A stretch of 64,000 nucleotides of DNA from Octopus sinensis (GCF_006345805.1 NC_042998.1:178808001-178872000), one strand, 5' to 3'; positions 1 through 12,247 are shown, counted from the first letter of the stretch. The notes: generated from the sequence alone by a model not told the origin. Program-made: numbers and translations.

Positions 1-86
1 ATGTATTTTCTTAATTTAAGACTACCTGTAAGAGTTTAGGATCTTTTCACTTTGAACAGCAGATCGAGAAATTAATTTTTTGTAAC

Positions 87-753
87 CTAGTAGCTGAAAA
101 ATCTCTATTTAAGGACAGTAACAACTTTAAGGGATATGAGGTTAATAGTTAAGGATAACAAAGTAAGAAAACAAAATAAGAATTTATAGAAAATGATAAG
201 AAATATAACTTGCATTTAAAGCGACAGGGTATTGAAATTTGATTTTATTATATATAATTTGATTTTATATATAATACTAGAGGGTAAGTTTGATCTGGTA
301 TAACATTCCCTTCAACTGTGCCATATCCACAAACATATATAAGAAATTTATGGCAATTTTAGAAAAAAAATTCTCTGCTTCCCATAGATACAACAAAATT
401 TTTCCCCGTAAGACAGTTAGAATCTCATATTCTACCCTCCCAAATATGGTTACCATCATAGCAAGGTTAAATAGAAAGTATATAAAATTGGCAAGAGGTG
501 TTAATAATAATAATATTACTGTCAACACTAGCTTAAACTTCTACAATGAAAATAATATTAATGGTCATGTAGGAATTAGAAACAGCAGTACTAACATATC
601 TAATATATACAATATAGACTGAACTCCAAGATTTATACTAGCACAGAGACTACTGACATGCTGAGATGAATTTGAATACTACAGTTGAAGGAAGTATAAA
701 TAATAACAGAAATAAAAATAATACATACGATAGTAGTAGTAGGATTAATAATA

Positions 754-794
<41 letters not shown>

Positions 795-1861
795 GGAATA
801 TCATTAATATTAATAGCAGTAATTGTCCTGGTTGCAATTGTAGAGTTAAATCCCACTGTCTGTTATTAAGCCGATGTCTAATCCAAAACATAATTTATAA
901 ATGTACAGTCATAACTGGGGCTTGTAATTTTATATATATAGGATGTTCGATAAATATGAAAAACGTATCAATAACCATTTTTCATCTTTTAGACTCAAAC
1001 ATAAAGCCAATTATACATCCTTATCTAGCAAGATTTGGGAACTGAAGGAAAGCGGGATCAGATTTAGCTTTAAATGGGATTAGAATATGGAAAGCGTAGT
1101 CTTATAAAGATAATCGATAAGGGTGTGAGTTGTACTCTATGAAAACTTATGAGATTTTTAAGTATAGTGACAAGAACAACCTGATTAATAATAGATTAGA
1201 CCTAAGGGTATCACGCGTACATAGCGTCACCTGTACATTTAAGTAATAGGTGCCATACTTGAACTTTGATGGTGAAAATTAATTTTGATGTCGTATCTGT
1301 TGTAAACTTGCCCTCTAGTATTATATATAATAAAATCGTGGGATATTGAGTTATATGGTTAATTAAATTGCGTTGCATATGTTATAAGATATATGTTATG
1401 GTATGTGGTATGCTATATGTAATTACTATCCCATGAAAACTCCTACCTAGTTAGTCTGACTTTATCATGATTTTTGGTGATTAAACTATTTGTTCCTTTC
1501 TATGATGTTCTACCCTACTGATCATATTATGTATATTTGTAATGGCTTTTATGTAAATCTCCTAATTATATACCCTCTAGAAACTATAAAATCATATATG
1601 TAATAGTACCTGTAACATTGCAACTTATAAAATCTCTTCGGTCGGAATACCTCCAACTGCCCTCGCTACTTCCAAGGTTACCTTTATCTCTTCCCTACCT
1701 CAAATTTTAGTACCCAGTCGCTTTAAATGTAAGTTATATATAATTCTTATAATTTTCTATAAATTCTTATTATTTTGTTTCCTTACTTTGATATCCTTAC
1801 CAGTTAACCTCATATCCCTTAAAGTTGTTACTGTTCTTAAATAGAGATTTTTCAGCTACTA
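87..1861 (+). mobile_element. Decayed Penelope-like retroelement (3' part, GIY-YIG endonuclease) with inverted pseudo-LTR segments
   Basis: ORF 290-622 (IWYNIPFNCAISTNIYKKFMAILEKKF...TVRISYSTLPNM) matches the PLE post-RT motif IWFNPPY...TNIG..F...KISYSCMPN. A frameshifted GIY-YIG follows at 851-1245. 87-240 is the approximate reverse complement of about 1702-1861, and 261-292 of about 1303-1337. Confidence 0.85.
851..1245 (+). pseudogene. Degenerate GIY-YIG endonuclease of PLE
   Basis: Manual translation gives HCLLLSRCLIQNIIYKCTVITGACNFIYIGCS, then after a frameshift KRINNHFSSFRLKHKANYTSLSSKIWELKESGIRFSFKW*. This has the IY...YIG motif, the NH motif and the LS..IW.LK motif. Confidence 0.85.
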
Positions 1862-2175
1862 GATCTATGCAAGATGGTTATACTATATCTATATAAACGT
1901 ATAAATATTTGTATACATGTATATATGCATATATGCGCATAACCTATTAACCTCATATCCATTATAAATTGTTATCTTTCTTGTTCATAATTAGATACGT
2001 TTTAGTTACTTAAGTCTAAGCAAGATGGTTATACTATATCCATACAATCATCATGCATATATGGGCATAACCTATTAATCTCATATCCATTATAAATTGT
2101 TATCTTTCTTGTTCATAAGTAGATACGTTTTAGTTACTTAAGTCTATGCAAGATGGTTATACTATATCCATATAA
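1862..2175. repeat. Imperfect tandem repeat, unit about 130-150 bp, about 2.5 copies
   Basis: GCAAGATGGTTATACTATATC occurs three times (about 1869, 2019, 2149). The block ACCTATTAA...TTAGTTACTTAAGTCTA occurs twice. Confidence 0.8.
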
Positions 2176-3283
2176 ACATATAAATATTTGTGTATGTGTA
2201 CATGTGTGCACATAGATAAATATGTGTTTGTATCTGTACACATCTTTATTTCTTCTGATTCTTGGCTTATAATTAATACATAGCATGTTTATCTTTCCAG
2301 TATTCCATAAGTAAATGTCCAGAGTGGTCTTTATAGAAACGACCTAATAAGTAAATAATTAAGTACATGAATTAATATTAAACTGATCCTATGTAATCTT
2401 TCCTTTTTAATGTTGAAAATGGATGCATATATACGCATTTTACCCATTTTGGTTATATCATTTGTGATAATCTTAAATTTTATCATTATAGAACATAAGA
2501 ATATTGCTTATAAACAGTTACCCATAGTACCCCATGATAAAATTTCCTCTGCTTTAACATCACAGGTTTTATTAGCGTCTTGCCCCATTAACTGCTAATT
2601 AACATCATGATTTAGAGTCTTCCCCTACCCAGCTTCCTTTATAGACAGTTAATTAATACCCAATTTACTACTCCTATTATCTTGACAATATTTATGACCA
2701 TACCTAGCCATGTGCTGTCAACTCACTCTTGCTCTTCATTCCAAACTGACACAGTCCCCTAGTCTTAGATTTAGTAGTTGATAAAAAGACAAATAAATTA
2801 GAAATGAACCATAATCCTTTACAAACTACGACCCCAATAAGCTTTATGCTTTTCTTGGAAGAGTAGTATATTCTTAGCAACAATAGTGACAACTTGGATT
2901 TCTTTCATGTTCTTGCTCTGTTAAAGTATTTGAGAAAAATTATATTAATGTGTCCAACTGATTAAAATTCTATTTATTTGTGCAGCTGATGATAGCACTG
3001 CATTTAAATTGATGTAATGATTGCATTGTTCAATTAAATGGAGCCGCTTGAAACAGTTGTACTGCATCACTTATTGATATCTTGTTGCTTATTTTGATTA
3101 TATATAAATAATAAATATTAGGGAATAAATCCAAATTTACAGGGAAAAAATCAGATTTAGGATTAAATCGATTTTATAGTAAAATATTATAAAATATTAT
3201 TCGAGACAAAACCACTATTTTGCAAAACAAACAAGGAAAGACTTAATCAATACATAAATTTTAATAAATAGTCAAAAAAACCG

Positions 3284-3326
3284 CCACTACAATCGTTTCT
3301 TGTCTTGATCGACAATCTTCAGGTGG
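3284..3326 (-). ncRNA. Mirror copy of the minimal type-I hammerhead ribozyme motif
   Basis: Exact reverse complement of 3393-3435 within the palindrome. Confidence 0.8.
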
Positions 3327-3392
3327 ACTTCCAATAATTCAGTGTCAAATTATGACATAATTATCATAATTTGACACTGAATTATTGGAAGT

Positions 3393-3435
3393 CCACCTGA
3401 AGATTGTCGATCAAGACAAGAAACGATTGTAGTGG
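3393..3435 (+). ncRNA. Minimal type-I hammerhead ribozyme motif
   Basis: CCAC-CTGAAGA-TTGTC(GATCAA)GACAA-GAAAC(GATT)GT-A-GTGG. It has the core CUGANGA and GAAA, a 5-bp stem II, a 2-bp stem III, a GUA cleavage triplet and a 4-bp stem I. Confidence 0.8.
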
Positions 3436-3521
3436 CGGTTTTTTTGACTATTTATTAAAATTTATGTATTGATTAAGTCTTTCCTTGTTTGTTTTGCAAA
3501 ATAGTGGTTTTGTCTCGAATA

Positions 3522-3556
<35 letters not shown>

Positions 3557-3560
<4 letters not shown>

Positions 3561-3830
3561 GAAGTTTACGAAAATAAACAAAAGACGAAGGCAGGTGGTG
3601 TACAAACAAACAGATGTATTAGTATAGCGCTCAGGAATAGAAAAAGTCTTTTACGTTTCGAGCCTACGCTCTTCTACAGAAAGATACACAGAAAAAAACA
3701 AGGAGAGAAACAAGGAGAGAAAAAAAATGTGTGTAGTAGCTAACGATTTATCATAGCGTCTGACTTCGGACAGAATGGTCAGACGGGAGAGGGGAAGTAG
3801 GGAAGATAACAAGGTCAAGATGACCTCCAA
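3557..3830 (-). mobile_element. Solo PLE (Neptune-type) pseudo-LTR inserted in (TA)n
   Basis: Homologous to 62390-62580, which lies directly 3' of a Neptune-type GIY-YIG ORF, and to 24368-24520. Flanked by (TA)n. Carries a hammerhead-like motif at 3648-3683. Confidence 0.75.
3648..3683 (-). ncRNA. Hammerhead-like motif with variant core (CUGUAGA)
   Basis: The minus strand reads CTTT-CTGTAGA-A-GAGC(GTAG)GCTC-GAAAC-GTA-AAAG: stem I CUUU/AAAG, 4-bp stem II, palindromic ACGU stem III and a GUA site. Confidence 0.65.
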
Positions 3831-5325
3831 TACAATATATATATATATATATCATCTTTTAGTATCCACTTTTCATACTGGCATGGGTTGGACGATTTGA
3901 CATGGAGTTGACCAGATTCCAACTATCTGTTGTGACATGGCTTCTACAGTTAGATGCCCTTCCTAATGCCAACCACTTAACAGAGCGTGCTGGGTGCTTT
4001 TATGTGCCACTGGCATGGGTGCATTCACACAGCACCAGCATGTTTAATTTTTATGTGGCACTGGCACCTGAAAGGACAAGCTTCTATGTGTGGAAGACAT
4101 CGGTTTTCCTCAGTTGGTACATTGTATCAAGTACAGTAAATTTCCACAACTCCCAGTCCCTTCTTATTTCCTCAGTGAGGCCCAGCATCCAAAGATCTTT
4201 TCTCACCACTTCGTCTCATGTCTTCCTGGGTCTACACCTTCCACAGGTATTCTACACAATTATAGCTTATTTGCCACACAGGTAAGGGTTGGTGTTAGAA
4301 AGAGCATCTGGCCATTAAATCCTGCCACAAGTACATCCCCATCCAACCTATGCCAGCATAGAACAATGGATCTTAAAACAAATGAATAAATATGTATGTA
4401 TGAACATGTTTAAATTTATATGTATGAATGTACATATTAATTGCATACATGCAGGCAAGAATGTATGCATATTTAGGGGTTTACTTCACAATCATGTAGT
4501 TTCAGATTTGTGGTACCTTGGGTAGATGTCTTTTGCTTTGGTCCCAGGCTAACTAGTGCTTTGTGAGTGAATTTGGTAGTTCAAAGCCTCACTTTGTTTT
4601 TCTCCAATCTCCACAAATCTTTTGCATTCTATGCATACATTCCATTAGCACAATCAACATAAAACTGACACTGCTCAGAGATAATAGTACTTTGAACTTT
4701 TTCAATTCTATTCTTATTCTGAGTACTATGCTTTCAGAACACCCACTTCTGCAGATAATTAGGATTTCTAGGAAACAGAGAAGCCATCATCTACTTCAAT
4801 GGAACCAACCAAGCATTAAAAAGAATTGTTTTTTTTTTTACTAGTGCTTTGATTGTTAACTACTCTTTTACATCTGCCACATACTAAGTCTTTATTCACC
4901 ATCAGCTTGCCTATGAAGAAAAAATAGCAACAACAATGATGATGAAGACAATGATAATGATGGCATGGGGGTGGTTAGTGATGATGATGATGAAGATGAT
5001 GATGATGTCTATTGGAGATTCTTGCCTTGTGTAAATCTTGATGTTGTCTAAGTGATCAAAACCAACAAACTATCAGTATCTCAATATAAAATTTATTTGT
5101 ACTCCTGTTCGGACAAACAACCAAGTGGGTTCATATATCTAACGAGTTATAAGCAATTAAGAAGACAAACTTCAAATTATTTTTCATTAATCTTGAGACA
5201 GACCCAAACTAGAAAAAAAATGTTCATTTCTCATATAATCTGATTTTAATCTTCTTTTGCTTTCCACAACTACAGTGAGGAAGGTGTTATTATTGTTGAT
5301 GATGATGATGATGATGGTGGTGGTG

Positions 5326-5356
<31 letters not shown>

Positions 5357-6286
5357 AGAGGAGGAAAATAGATACACCAGCCATTGTGTCTCGTTATTGT
5401 GGTCGAAATCAGTCTTAGGTCAAGCAAACACATTTATACCAATTCTTCATTAAAATATATTATGCCAGGACTTTCTTCCAATATCATTCACAATGTGTGT
5501 ATGTGTATGCACGTGTGTGTGTGTGTGTGTGTGCAGGCGTATGTGTGTTTGCATGTATGTTCTTTGCTGAAGAACTAGTGACATGTTGGGCGGATGTGGT
5601 GGTGATGGTGGGGACAACTTTAGGCTAACACGCACTGAATTTGGATAAATAAACAAACTCACATCTAGACACTGACATACATGCACAGATGTACACCAAG
5701 TCACAATCATTATTATCAAGGCTTTAATGTATGCTTTTTTCCTCTCGGCGCCAGTGGTATACATTGATTTAGTTTTATATTAGCAATGCAGACCCATAAA
5801 ATATTCTTAAATGTGCCAACCATATAGTATAGCTCTATTTATCTCAGTCATTCATCACTCTATTTTGCCTCACGTGATCAAAGATCTCACTCTGTTATGA
5901 ATAGCACACTCCATAACCTATACTTTTTTCACCCACCATTCATATTGTCCAGCACTCTACCAGTTCTAAAAAAAGTTAAAACCCAAAAAACTAAAATACA
6001 AAAGTGATCTACAAAACAGAAAGCAAAACTCTGACTGTAGTAAGCATAGTTTCTACATGAAAGGAATTTTTCTCAGCCAAATTCTTATAATACACAAATT
6101 TGGCAACCATTTGGCAACACAAAAGGGTTAGATATAGGTCAGTAATTATTTCAATGAGTATTTTAGGTACTTGATCCTGTTGCTAACTATAGATGTTATA
6201 AAATATGAAATTACAATGGTGCCAAGAGTATGGATATGTGCTGAAGTTTCTAGTACTAGTTACAGACAAAATGATTTCCTTTCAAT

Positions 6287-6591
6287 ATCATCATCATCAT
6301 CATCATTATCATCGTTTAACGTCCATTCTCCATGCTAGCATGGGTTGGACGGTTCGACTGAGGATCTGGGAAGCCAGAAGGCTGCATCAGGCTCCAGTCT
6401 GATCTGGCAGTGTTTCTACAGCTGGATGCCCTTCCTAACACCAACCACTCAGTGAGTGTAGTAGGTGCTTTTTACGTGCAAGGCTGGCAACGGCCACAAT
6501 CGGATTGGTGCTTTTTACAGGCCACTGGCACGGAAGCCAGTCAAGGCGGTGCTGGCATCGGCCACGTTCGGATGGTGCTTTTTACGTGCCA
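6287..6591 (-). mobile_element. SINE-like repeat with (GAT)n tail (RTE-tail-like family)
   Basis: Shares GGATGCCCTTCCTAACGCCAACC and CCAACCCATGCTAGCATGGAAAGCGGACGTTAAACGATGATGAT with more than 15 other copies in the window. Confidence 0.85.
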
Positions 6592-6776
6592 ATAATATAG
6601 AAGCCATGAAGAGCACAATGCATAATCTGTCTCAGAAATATGACATGGAATAAAGTAGCATATATTGACAATAAAGTGGGAAATTTTGAGTGATGATGAG
6701 AAACTAAGAGCAATAATAACTGAGTTATTGGATGATAGCATCATCACCATCAAAACTGGAAAATTACTGCATACAT

Positions 6777-7072
6777 ATGATCGTTACCAGCGTCGCCTTA
6801 CTGGCACCTGTGCTGGTGACATGTGTAAAAAGATTCAAGCGAGGTTGTTGCCAGTACCACTTGACTGGCCCCGTGCCGGTGGCATGTAAAAAGCACCCAC
6901 TTCACTCTCGGAGTGGTTGGCGTTAGGAAGGGCATCCAGCTGTAGAAACTCTGCCAGATCAAGATTGGAGCCTGATGCAGCCATCTGGTTTGCCAGCCCT
7001 CAGTCAAAATCATCCAACCCATGCTAGCATGGAAAGTGGACGTTAAACGATGATGATGATGATGATGATGAT
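6777..7072 (+). mobile_element. SINE-like repeat, same (GAT)n-tail family
   Basis: GGCATGTAAAAAGCACCCAC...AGGAAGGGCATCCAGCTGTAGAAAC...GGACGTTAAACGATGATGATG. Confidence 0.85.
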
Positions 7073-7645
7073 ATGGACACAAAGGATAAAAGTCTTTTAT
7101 GAAGCAATACATAAAAAAATGAACATGAGAAAGTTCAAATAGGAAGTGAAGAGTGAATACAGGGATAAGTTATCATCATCAACATTGTCATCATTGTTGT
7201 CATCATCACTATCATTTTAACATCCACTTTTCTACTATGCCTGCATTGGTTGGAGGGAATTCACTGAGGCAAGATGCTTTTCTTGTCCCCAGCTCTCACC
7301 TGTTGCTAAGCAAGGTAATATTTTCCCATAGCCGGGCGTGTTTTCACAGAAGATACAGTACAAAGGACACATTTGTTTACATCCCTTGTGCAATGTCAAG
7401 ACATTGAAAGAAGCACACTCACATACATAAACACATGATGACAGACTTAGTTCAGTTTTCCTGTACCAAATCCAGTCGCAAGGCTTTGGTTGATCCAGTC
7501 CTATATTGGAAGACGAGATACTTTCCCAACTTTGCTTTTCATACTTTCAGGGTCGATAAATTAAGTACCAGTTGAGTACTAGGGGCAATGTAATTGACTT
7601 AACCCCTCCTCTAAAATGTTTGTGCCTATAATAGAAAGGATTATA

Positions 7646-7679
<34 letters not shown>

Positions 7680-7680
<1 letters not shown>

Positions 7681-7890
7681 GACAGTGAGCAGGCAGAAAC
7701 ATCAGCACACCAAATGAAATGCTTAGTGGCATTTTGTCTATCTTTACATTCTGAGTTCAAATTCCACTGAAGTCAGCTTTGCCTTTCAACCTTTCAAGGT
7801 TGATAAAATAAGTACCAGTTGAATACTGGGGCCAATGTAATCGACTTTCCTCATCCTTCAAGACTACTGGCCCAGTGCCAAAAATTGAAA
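7680..7890 (+). mobile_element. tRNA-derived SINE (family of 30278-30682), decayed
   Basis: TTCTGAGTTCAAATTCC (B-box-like) followed by TTTGCCTTTCAACCTTTCAAGGTTGATAAAATAAGTACCAG. Confidence 0.7.
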
Positions 7891-8865
7891 TCATCATTAT
7901 TATTATTATTATTATTATACCTAAGAACAAGACTGACTTCTAAAGCAGAGTGTGTAGTCTCATTTGTGTTGGTCACAGCATTATATTTTACTGACTTTGG
8001 ATGGACGAACGGTAAAGTGGAATTCAAACTGAGAATGCAGAAGGTTAAAAGCAAATACTGAAAAGCATTTTGGGATCACATTCTATAATTTTTGTTAAAT
8101 CTCCTTTATTTTGAAAATAGAATAATATGTAATTGTAAATATTTGTAGTTATGTTTAACCAAGAAAATGTCATGTCCTGTATTACTTTATCAGTTAATAC
8201 TCATCATTCTAATCCTATTGAATAGTGACATATCCTGTAGAGTCCTTCAACATATAAACATTATCCTAAATAAGCAAGTAATATAGCTAAGTATAAAATA
8301 ATAATGAATATCCTGCACAAGTGGTAGAAACCATTAAAGCTAGTGATTAACTCTAGATTCTGTAATGTTAAGCAGATGTAACACAAATCTTCCTAATGAT
8401 AGGATGACAACTGATGACAGCTGGCATTCATTGAAGAATTGGTAGCTAATCCCCACCACAATTAAGTGAATAATGACATTCAGGAAAATACATAGTTCTG
8501 AATTAATAATTCTGTAAGTTCAAATTACTGTCAAGTAGATGTTACAGATACTGAAGAAGACACAGCACTGAAACAGACAAACCTTCACTTGCATGGTATA
8601 AAACAGTTATAAAAATCATACACACATACACGTCACTTGTGTTGTCATTCTAATTTTATCTATTAATAGGAAATATTTTTCAAATTGAAAATCAAAGTAC
8701 CTAATATTAACTGCTTTATTTTCAAAGAAGTTAGAAATGGAGACACAATGTTCTTCAGTTGTTTACGAAAAACAAAGACAATGTTTTCTCTGGTACCATT
8801 AATTTGAGAGGAGTTAATAAATCATCTTAGCAATTGTTATTTCTATCACACACTTGTGATTTATG

Positions 8866-9250
8866 TCTCAGTATATATATATATATAAAGCTGAAGTTGT
8901 CTGTGTTGGCAGGTTTGGTAGCCTTCAACTAACACTATCTCCTTCGAGACCCTGCGGCACAAGTTGACCAAAATTGAGAGTATGATAGAAGGCTTGCTCT
9001 TCATTCCATAGAAGATAAAATTCAAATTGGACCATGTTAAGACCAAAAATTGTTTACATCAAAAAGTGCTTTTTTTCTATGAAAATCCCTATTTTTACGA
9101 TTTTTTGTTACCGTTTTTTGGTGTATTTCAACCAGGAAAATGTTCACTTAAAGAGAATAACAAGCTACATAATTCAAAATTTTTACTTTTCAAAAATTCC
9201 AATTCTAAAGGGTCGAAACAAACCCAAGCAACGCCAGGCGATACTGCTAG
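8866..9250 (+). mobile_element. Non-autonomous Helitron
   Basis: 5' TCTCAGTATATATA...; 3' CCCAAGCAACGCCAGGCGATACTGCTAG followed by T. The 3' end is the same family as the reverse complement of the left ends of 21561 and 61596. Confidence 0.7.
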
Positions 9251-9255
9251 TATAT

Positions 9256-9645
9256 TTCTGTCTTACTCTTTGGTATTTCTGTACTTTGTGATAAAGCCAT
9301 TTAGTTTTTTCCTATTGTCATATAGGGATAGAAAAATGAGAATTTATGAAGTAAAAATGCTTTAGTAAAACTGATACTTATTATGTTCCAAAAGTCTATT
9401 GTCCTCCCCACTTCGTGAGTAGAGAAAGAGATTGTATCTCAAAGCTTATACATAAGCTTTGAGATACAATCTCTTTTTCTACTCACAAAGTGGGGAGGAC
9501 AATAGACTCTTGGAACATAATAAATATCAGTTTTACTAAAGCATTTTTACTTCATAAATTCTCATTTTTTTTATCCCTATATGACAATAGGAAAAAACTA
9601 AATGACTTTATCGCAAAGTACAGAAATACCAAAGAGTAAGGCAGA
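9256..9645. repeat. Near-perfect 390-bp palindrome (fold-back/MITE-like)
   Basis: Arms of about 194 bp centred on AAAGCTTAT-AC-ATAAGCTTT, with a few substitutions. Confidence 0.9.
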
Positions 9646-9972
9646 ATTTTTGACACAGAAACATTTTAGCTACAAATGATTGCATGAGTTTGATAATTAC
9701 GTAAAAATATTTTCTTTTGCATCATGATGCTCATAACTTTGTAGCCTTCAACAACATTGAAGGTTTCATAGAAGAACCTCAATATGACATGTAAGCAACC
9801 CTGACACAGTTCACCAATTCATTTGTGAACAACAGTATCGCTGGTTACAATTTTCCAACAGGACCATCATTATTTTCTGCATTTCTCACAATGAGGACAG
9901 TAAAAAAGTGTTAAAATTTCCCATTAATGTCTTATCCTTTGCTTACATACATCAGCAAAAGACACACACACT

Positions 9973-10014
<42 letters not shown>

Positions 10015-11474
10015 TCAAAGACCCCACTTTGTTAGAGCTTAATTGTTATTTATTAAAGATTTCACATTTCCCTATTTTTCCTATATTCTTAGTTTCAGAA
10101 TTAATTGACTTCATTGTTTTAAGAACTCCTCATCTTCATCTCCTGAATGATGGTAACACATTTTACCACATTTCATTCATAGCTGACTGCTTTATTAATA
10201 ACAAAAACACAAACCAAAACACAGAGACAACTTTTCTGTTGCTGGTGTCATTTAACCCTAAGTCATCTCTGACTGAGTAGATCCAAGGTCAAAGGTATTA
10301 ATTACAGCTTCGACCACCTCAATGATCTAAGATTGCAGTGTCCAATGTTGCCTTCCTGTTTTAAGATAGTAAGGTGTGATTTGAGATCTGAGGGAGTTGG
10401 ACAGCTATTTCTTGCAGATCAAGCATTCACATAGAATTTCTTGCATTGTGTCATAAATGTTGTAGACAGAAGAATGGATAAAGAATGGGATAACATCACT
10501 GTCATCTTCATTTCAGATGTGATTACAAAGGACTGAGATACCAGGCATCTTGTTGTACTCAAGAAGATCTGTCCTCCACAGCAGAAGTGTTAAGGCCACT
10601 CCCACTAGTGACAAAAATTGGCCTGCAAGAGTCTGTGCTGGTGTCGCATAAAAAGTACTCGTGCCAGTGTCATGTAAAAGCATTCACACCAGTGTCACAT
10701 TAAAAGCACCCAGTACACATTGTAAAGTGGTTGGCATTTAGAAAGGGCATCCAGCTGTAGAAACCAACCCAAATCAGACTGGAACCTGGTGCAGCTCTCT
10801 TGCTTGCCAACTCTGGTCAAACTGTCCAACCTATACGAGCACAGAAAACAGACATTAAAGGATGACGATGATGATGATTATTATCATCATCATTTTAATG
10901 TCCACTTTTTCATGCTTCCTGAGTTAGTCAGAATTCAATGAAGCGGATTTTCTACAACTAGATACCCACACAGTGGAAAATCTGTCAAAATAAATTACAT
11001 CCAGCCCCTGTAAACATGGAAAAGTGGACATAATGATGATGATGTTAGCTGGTTCTTTGTCTATTCTTCTCTATCTATAACACCCACAACATCTGCAGTT
11101 AGTGAATTTCAATATGTTAGATTGAACATATTGCAATTCCCTCACTGCAACATAAAAGAAAATCTTGAATAATGTTTATGCATTGTGCCAACCTGTGTAT
11201 GTCGTTTCCATGATTCCTATTAATCAGTGATGTGATATTGGATCAAAGATCATGGGCGACTTTAGGAAAACCAATTATGTTTTCATTATGCATCAGATTC
11301 TACAACCACAACATTTCAGCTTGTAAAACTAAATGAATCGCCATAAGTTTTGATGATGAATATTCAATTATTCAATTAAATGAACTACCTGGTCATTGAC
11401 TTTACATCTAAGTGGCTGAACACAGACATGTATGTGTACCCATAACATAATTCTTCAGTGGAATCAGAAGCCCG

Positions 11475-11640
11475 GCATGACTATGTAGTTAAGAAGTTTG
11501 CTTTCTAGTCCTGAGTTTGGTTCTACAGTGTGGCACCTTGGGCAAGTGTCTTCTGATATGGCTCTAAGCTAACCAAAATCTAGTGAGATAGACACTGAAA
11601 GAAGTCAGTTACATATAGACAGAAACTGAAAGAAGCCCAT

Positions 11641-11672
<32 letters not shown>

Positions 11673-11880
11673 TATTTATATGTTTCTATGATTTCCCCCA
11701 TGACCACCATTGCTGGACAACTGATGCTAGTGTGTTTACATCCCCGTAGCTTAGCAGTTTGGCAAAAGAAACCAATAGAATAAGTACTAGGCTAGCAAAG
11801 AATAAGTCCTGGGGTTGATCTGCCCGACTAAAGATGGTGCTCCAACATGGCTGCAGAGAAATGACTGAAATAAGTGAAAA
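11475..11880 (+). mobile_element. tRNA-derived SINE (family of 46704-47140), decayed
   Basis: GTGGCACCTTGGGCAAGTGTCTTCT ... AGAAACTGAAAGAAGCCC (TG)n ... GAATAAGTCCTGGGG ... AAATGACTGAAATAAG. Confidence 0.75.
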
Positions 11881-12210
11881 AAAATATATATGTATGTATG
11901 CGAATATGTGTGTTTGTGTGTGTATATGTGTGTGAGTATGTGTGCGTATGTGATGTGTGCCTCCATGTGTGTATGCATTTGTGTGTACTCTGGTCTAGAC
12001 ATCATGTGATGGTTGTAAAGGAGCATGCATCATCATCATACAAACAAGGTTGATTCCAGTCTTCCATGTAAAACATGTCTAATTAGGGGAAAATATTACC
12101 TTGATTGGAAACAGGTGAGAGTGGTGGTAACAGGAAGTCATTCACCCACAGAAAATGTCTCAACAAATTTCATCAGACCTATGCAAGTATGGAAAAGTGG
12201 ACATTAAATG

Positions 12211-12247
<37 letters not shown>

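Larger units (their letters stand above)
3188..3531. repeat. Perfect palindrome (168-bp arms, 8-nt spacer), probably head-to-head PLE 3' ends
   Basis: Arm 3188-3355 is the exact reverse complement of 3364-3531 by inspection. The right arm runs into (TA)n. Confidence 0.95.

Noticed and set aside
8551-8585. Hammerhead-like CTGAAGA...GAAAC
   Set aside because: Only a 2-bp stem II, with no stem III, no UH site and no stem I.
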